Shown here: positions 37,030 through 40,446 of the stretch, piece after piece
Position numbering within the stretch: position 1 is the stretch's first letter
Layout: every line of letters starts with the position of its first letter
Assembly (NCBI GenBank): GCA_964637735.1
Contig: CAZWXJ010000002.1
Coordinates: 288 to 40,733, forward strand
From: an uncultured Oscillospiraceae bacterium
GTDB lineage: Bacteria; Bacillota; Clostridia; Oscillospirales; Ruminococcaceae
Reading direction: 5' to 3'
DNA: 40,446 nt
Position numbers and translations under genes: made by a program
Notes under the pieces: model-generated
Database searches by the model: none
What the model was told of the DNA's origin: nothing
Seen by the model: only the letters and a program-made list of their open reading frames with translations

Positions 37030-37953
37030 TTATTTATTTTTGTAGCCGAAGTTATTTATCAAATATTCGTTATCTCGCCAGTCTTCTTTTATTTTTACCC
37101 AGCATTGCAAATTTACTTTTGTTTGTAAAAAGCGTTCAATATCATCACGTGCAGCAGAAGCAATCTTTTTAAGCATTGCCCCATTTTTACCAATAATCAT
37201 ACCTTTGTGGCTTTTCTTTTCACAGTAAATGTTTACTTCAATATCAATTAAATTTTTGTCTGTTCTTTCTTTGAAAGATTCCACCACAACGGCAATACCG
37301 TGTGGTATTTCGTCTCGCAAATATAGCAAGGCTTTTTCCCTAACAATTTCTTCCACAATTGTTTTTTCAGGTAAATCTGTCAATGTATCTGCATCAAAGA
37401 AGAAAGGTCCAGGTATTGCATAATTTTCTGCCATTTTTAATAAAGCATCAATGCCTTCGTTTTTCAAAACACTAATACCAATAAAATCATCAAATACATC
37501 AAACTCTTTTAAATCGTCAATTCTAGAAAGCAAATCTTCTTTTTGCTTCAATGTATCTATTTTATTAATAACAGCAACAGCGGGTATCTTTTTACTTTTT
37601 ATTTCTGCAATCAACTTTTCTTCGGCTTCGTTTAAATCCCTGTATGGCTCAAAAACCATTATGGCTAAATCCACATCTGCAATACTGTCTCTAACGGTTT
37701 TGCCCATATGTTCACCCAATTTTGAACGCGGAATATGAAACCCTGGCGTGTCTAAAAAAACAAATTGTGTATCACCTTTCGTTAACACACCCGTAATTTT
37801 CGAGCGTGTGGTTTGCGGTTTTTGTGAAACAATTGCCAATTTATCTCCAATTAATACATTCAATAAAGAACTCTTTCCAACGTTAGGTTTTCCAACAATT
37901 GTAATGAAAGCTGATTTTGTATTTTCATTACTCGGCATCAAATAATCTTGCAT
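37030..37953 (-). CDS. era: GTPase Era
   Basis: G1 is GKPNVGKSSLLN, G3 is DTPG, G4 is NKID, and a C-terminal KH domain is present (GMIIGKNGAMLKKI). The ATG directly follows the dgkA stop, with GGAG 8 nt upstream. Confidence 0.95.
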   Translation of the reverse strand: MQDYLMPSNENTKSAFITIVGKPNVGKSSLLNVLIGDKLAIVSQKPQTTRSKITGVLTKGDTQFVFLDTPGFHIPRSKLGEHMGKTVRDSIADVDLAIMVFEPYRDLNEAEEKLIAEIKSKKIPAVAVINKIDTLKQKEDLLSRIDDLKEFDVFDDFIGISVLKNEGIDALLKMAENYAIPGPFFFDADTLTDLPEKTIVEEIVREKALLYLRDEIPHGIAVVVESFKERTDKNLIDIEVNIYCEKKSHKGMIIGKNGAMLKKIASAARDDIERFLQTKVNLQCWVKIKEDWRDNEYLINNFGYKNK

Positions 37954-38409
37954 TTATAAATCTCCTTTTCGAAAAATAAAAACCAGCGAGCATCCTAAGG
38001 ATACAAGTAAACCTAAAAGTGCCATCAGGTTATGAGAAAAAAAATCGAAAACATGTGCAATTGTAGGAATATCCCAAAACAAAAGCACGCCACAAATTGC
38101 TGCGCCAATGCTAAATGTAAGTACTGCGCCAGCAGCCATGTCTTTCACGGCACCAACAATATAAAATTTTCCAGGTGTTGGTTTGTCTACAGAACGTTCA
38201 ATAGAAGAATTCATCATTTCAAGTGCCATTACACCAAAAATCAAAACGGTTAATATGCAATATTCCACTTTTGAAAAGTCGTAAAAAATAGAGAAAAAAT
38301 ATACATAAGCGCCAATAACCATATGTACACGCATATTTTGTTCAGCGCGAATTGCAGAAATAATTCCGCTGATTGCATATCGAAAGCTATGAAAGAATTT
38401 TCGAAACAT
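37954..38409 (-). CDS. dgkA: Diacylglycerol/undecaprenol kinase (DgkA family)
   Basis: 151 aa with three TM segments, the N-terminal FRYAISGI...EQNMRVH block and the ALEMMNSSIERSVD block. The ybeY-dgkA-era position is conserved. Confidence 0.85.
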   Translation of the reverse strand: MFRKFFHSFRYAISGIISAIRAEQNMRVHMVIGAYVYFFSIFYDFSKVEYCILTVLIFGVMALEMMNSSIERSVDKPTPGKFYIVGAVKDMAAGAVLTFSIGAAICGVLLFWDIPTIAHVFDFFSHNLMALLGLLVSLGCSLVFIFRKGDL

Positions 38410-38424
38410 AGTGCGTTTTCCTCT

Positions 38425-38916
38425 CTATAAACTGTATGATATTGTACGAGGTAAGCCTAATTTTATCAAAGCAGCTTCTTCTTTTTCACGCATGCGTGTT
38501 GCCTCAAGCCCGCCATTTTCATGGTCATACCCTAATAAGTGATACATGGAATGCACAGTTAAATACGCAATCTCCCTTTGTAACGAATGCCCATATAATT
38601 TTGCTTGCTCTTCTGCTTTTTCAATAGAAATAACAATATCTCCTAGCAAAAAGGTACCTGTTTCTTCATTTTTATCATATATTCCATCGCTGCCAAGCGG
38701 AAAAGACAAAACATCGGTTTCTTTATCTTTGTTACGATAAGCATGATTCAATTCTCTTATCTCATCATTATCAACAAAAGACACGCTTACCTCAGCAGGG
38801 TCATCAAAGTTTTCAAGTTTTAAAACGGCATTGCAACTCCTGCGAATCAGCAACCTAATTCCAGAAATAATTTTTACTTTTGTTTGGTTATTACTAATCA
38901 GTATTTTATTTGCCAA
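38425..38916 (-). CDS. ybeY: rRNA maturation endoribonuclease YbeY
   Basis: 163 aa with zinc motif HSMYHLLGYDH. The TTG start lies 9 nt after GGAGG. Confidence 0.92.
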   Translation of the reverse strand: MANKILISNNQTKVKIISGIRLLIRRSCNAVLKLENFDDPAEVSVSFVDNDEIRELNHAYRNKDKETDVLSFPLGSDGIYDKNEETGTFLLGDIVISIEKAEEQAKLYGHSLQREIAYLTVHSMYHLLGYDHENGGLEATRMREKEEAALIKLGLPRTISYSL

Positions 38917-38933
38917 AATGAATGGCCTCCAAA

Positions 38934-39908
38934 CTATTTATTTTTCTTCTTTTTCGAATTTCCTGCTTTGTCATATGCACGAATAATGTCTTGTACCAAT
39001 TTATGCCGCACAACGTCTTTTTCAGTAAATCGTGTTATCGCAATACCTTCAATATTTTTTAAAATCCGTATTGCTTCCACCAGCCCAGACTTTTTGCTAT
39101 CTGGAAGGTCAATTTGCGTAATGTCACCTGTTACAACAACTTTTGATCCCGCACCCATGCGTGTTAGAAACATTTTCATTTGTTCATTAGAGGTATTCTG
39201 TGCTTCATCTAAAATAATAAATGAATCATCCAGCGTACGCCCACGCATATATGCAAGCGGCGCTACTTCAATTAGCCCTTTTTCCATTAACTTTTGGTAA
39301 TTTTCTGCACCCATCATATCAAATAACCCATCATATAAAGGGCGTAAATATGGGTCAACTTTATTTTGCAAATCTCCTGGCAAAAAACCAAGCTTTTCGC
39401 CTGCTTCTACAGCAGGTCTTGTCAATACAATGCGTGCTACTTCTTTTGCTTTGAAAGCTTTCACAGCCATAGCAACCGCTAAGTAAGTTTTCCCTGTTCC
39501 AGCAGGGCCAACCCCAAAAGTGATAGGGTTGTTTTGAATCGCTTCAATATAGCTTTTTTGCCCAAGCGTTTTCGGGCGTATTGGTTTCCCTCTTGCAGAA
39601 ATAAGTAGAAAATTTCCTGTTAATTCATCAATACGGTTTTCAGTATTATTTTTTGCAAGCCCAATGCAATACCGAATGGTTTGTTCATCAAGAGGTGTTC
39701 CTTTTTCAATTAACTTCTGCATAGCCGCAATACAAGCAATGGCTTGGTCAATATCAGTCTCGTTTTCTCCAGATATTTTAATTTCGTCATCTCTATAAAT
39801 ACATATCACGTTAAATTCAGCTTGTACTAATTTTATATTTTCATCGCAATTTCCAAATAATGTCATTGCATTTTCAATGTTTTGAATTGGAATGTGTTTT
39901 TCTGTCAT
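38934..39908 (-). CDS. phoH: PhoH-family ATPase
   Basis: 324 aa with Walker A GPAGTGKTYLAVA, Walker B FIILDEAQN and the GDITQIDLP block. Confidence 0.9.
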   Translation of the reverse strand: MTEKHIPIQNIENAMTLFGNCDENIKLVQAEFNVICIYRDDEIKISGENETDIDQAIACIAAMQKLIEKGTPLDEQTIRYCIGLAKNNTENRIDELTGNFLLISARGKPIRPKTLGQKSYIEAIQNNPITFGVGPAGTGKTYLAVAMAVKAFKAKEVARIVLTRPAVEAGEKLGFLPGDLQNKVDPYLRPLYDGLFDMMGAENYQKLMEKGLIEVAPLAYMRGRTLDDSFIILDEAQNTSNEQMKMFLTRMGAGSKVVVTGDITQIDLPDSKKSGLVEAIRILKNIEGIAITRFTEKDVVRHKLVQDIIRAYDKAGNSKKKKNK

Positions 39909-39933
39909 ATAACGCCCCTTTCATTATGTAAAT

Positions 39934-39942
39934 ATTATACCA
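39934..39942 (-). promoter_or_regulatory. Extended -10 element of the phoH-ybeY-dgkA-era-recO unit
   Basis: The minus strand reads TGGTATAAT, about 25 nt upstream of RBS AAGGGG and the ATG at 39908. The -35 (ATTTCA) is weak. Confidence 0.45.
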
Positions 39943-39994
39943 TATTTTAATATAGATGAAATATGCTATCTACTTTATTTATTACCTCTTTATA

Positions 39995-40003
39995 TGATAT
40001 ACT
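39995..40003 (+). promoter_or_regulatory. Possible extended -10 (TGATATACT) for the small cysteine-containing ORF
   Basis: TGnTATACT lies 25 nt upstream of the TTG at 40028. The -35 region is poor (TTATTT). Confidence 0.3.
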
Positions 40004-40027
40004 ATTTTCAATTGGTGGTGATTTTAT

Positions 40028-40243
40028 TTGAAAAAGAAACTTTTCGGCACAAACGTACAACCCGCATGTGAATATTGCGAGCATGGCATGCCCGCAACTG
40101 ACTCTACCATGATTTTATGCAAAAAACGTGGTGTTGTTTCACCTACGTATAGTTGTAAAAAATTCAAATATGCGCCTTTGAAAAGAAAGCCACGCCAAAA
40201 ACCACAGTTACCTACTTTCTCTCCTGATGATTTTAAATTATAA
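40028..40243 (+). CDS. Small (71 aa) basic protein with four cysteines, function unknown
   Basis: The TTG start lies 8 nt after GGTGGTG. The sequence is MKKKLFGTNVQPACEYCEHGMPATDSTMILCKKRGVVSPTYSCKKFKYAPLKRKPRQKPQLPTFSPDDFKL, with CxxCxH plus two further Cys and a Lys/Arg/Pro-rich tail. A hairpin follows the stop. I recognise no family. Confidence 0.5.
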   Translation: MKKKLFGTNVQPACEYCEHGMPATDSTMILCKKRGVVSPTYSCKKFKYAPLKRKPRQKPQLPTFSPDDFKL

Positions 40244-40280
40244 AAACCGCTCTCTACTTAAAAGCAGTGGCGGTTTTTTT
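40242..40280. terminator. Possible bidirectional terminator between the small ORF and the convergent membrane-protein gene
   Basis: aaaaaccgc...(19 nt)...gcggttttttt has a short GC stem with a large, partly paired loop. A and T runs flank it on both sides. Confidence 0.35.
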
Positions 40281-40446
40281 AAAGAAATCTTCCGATATGG
40301 TAACTTATGAATACCCCTGTTAATATAAGTGAGTATACCCCTAGAGAAAAGATGTACATGTTTTTGTTTCGTTTTTGCCGAAATTTAAAGCTGAAAAACG
40401 CTATCATAAAGGAAGCAACGGCAAGTCCAACCAAATTAAACCCAAG
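40279..40446 (-). CDS. C-terminal 55 codons of a membrane protein (gene runs off the right edge)
   Basis: My own minus-strand translation gives LGFNLVGLAVASFMIAFFSFKFRQKRNKNMYIFSLGVYSLILTGVFISYHIGRFL*. It contains two hydrophobic helices separated by a basic loop. It is open to the window edge and absent from the ORF track. Confidence 0.45.
   Translation of the reverse strand, partial: LGFNLVGLAVASFMIAFFSFKFRQKRNKNMYIFSLGVYSLILTGVFISYHIGRFL

Noticed and set aside
1-40446. I searched for CRISPR repeats, tRNA/rRNA genes, riboswitch or T-box leaders, IS elements, integrases, toxin-antitoxin pairs and known defence-system hallmarks.
   Set aside because: No intergenic region exceeds about 250 bp, and promoters, RBSs and terminators account for all of them. 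I saw no direct-repeat array and no transposase, recombinase or nuclease-helicase defence gene among the ORFs. The hfq gene often found after miaA is also absent here.

Overview
This is an AT-rich, densely coding chromosomal segment from a low-GC Gram-positive bacterium. It fits class Clostridia best, because it has a PolC-type replicase and the gene order rpsB-tsf-pyrH-frr-uppS-cdsA-dxr-rseP-ispG-polC. I can support 38 protein-coding genes, two of them truncated at the window edges. I saw no rRNA, tRNA, CRISPR array, transposase, integrase or long repeat.

The backbone is three housekeeping blocks, all on the minus strand:
- (i) yggS', an HlyD-like adaptor, miaA, mutL, mutS, a ricA/ymcA-like gene and miaB, followed by uvrA-uvrB-radC.
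- (ii) polC-ispG-rseP-dxr-cdsA-uppS-frr-pyrH and tsf-rpsB.
- (iii) mutS2-recO-era-dgkA-ybeY-phoH.

Two small accessory islets, bounded by bidirectional hairpin terminators, interrupt this backbone:
- (a) 14.6-16.6 kb holds an RluA-family pseudouridine synthase and a monocistronic HTH-WYL regulator, sitting between the repair operon and polC.
- (b) 29.1-33.9 kb holds a PadR-DUF1700-DUF4097-PspC operon, a GntR(YtrA-type)-ABC ATPase-permease module and a Nim-like flavoprotein.

The PadR-DUF1700-DUF4097-PspC operon is driven by a consensus promoter buried in a perfect 33-bp palindrome, and it is the most system-like, experimentally uncharacterised unit in the window. The WYL regulator next to radC-uvrBA is second.

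I do not see a clear-cut new defence, toxin or mobile system. All functional proposals beyond family assignment are inference from motifs I recognise by eye and need HMM or BLAST confirmation.
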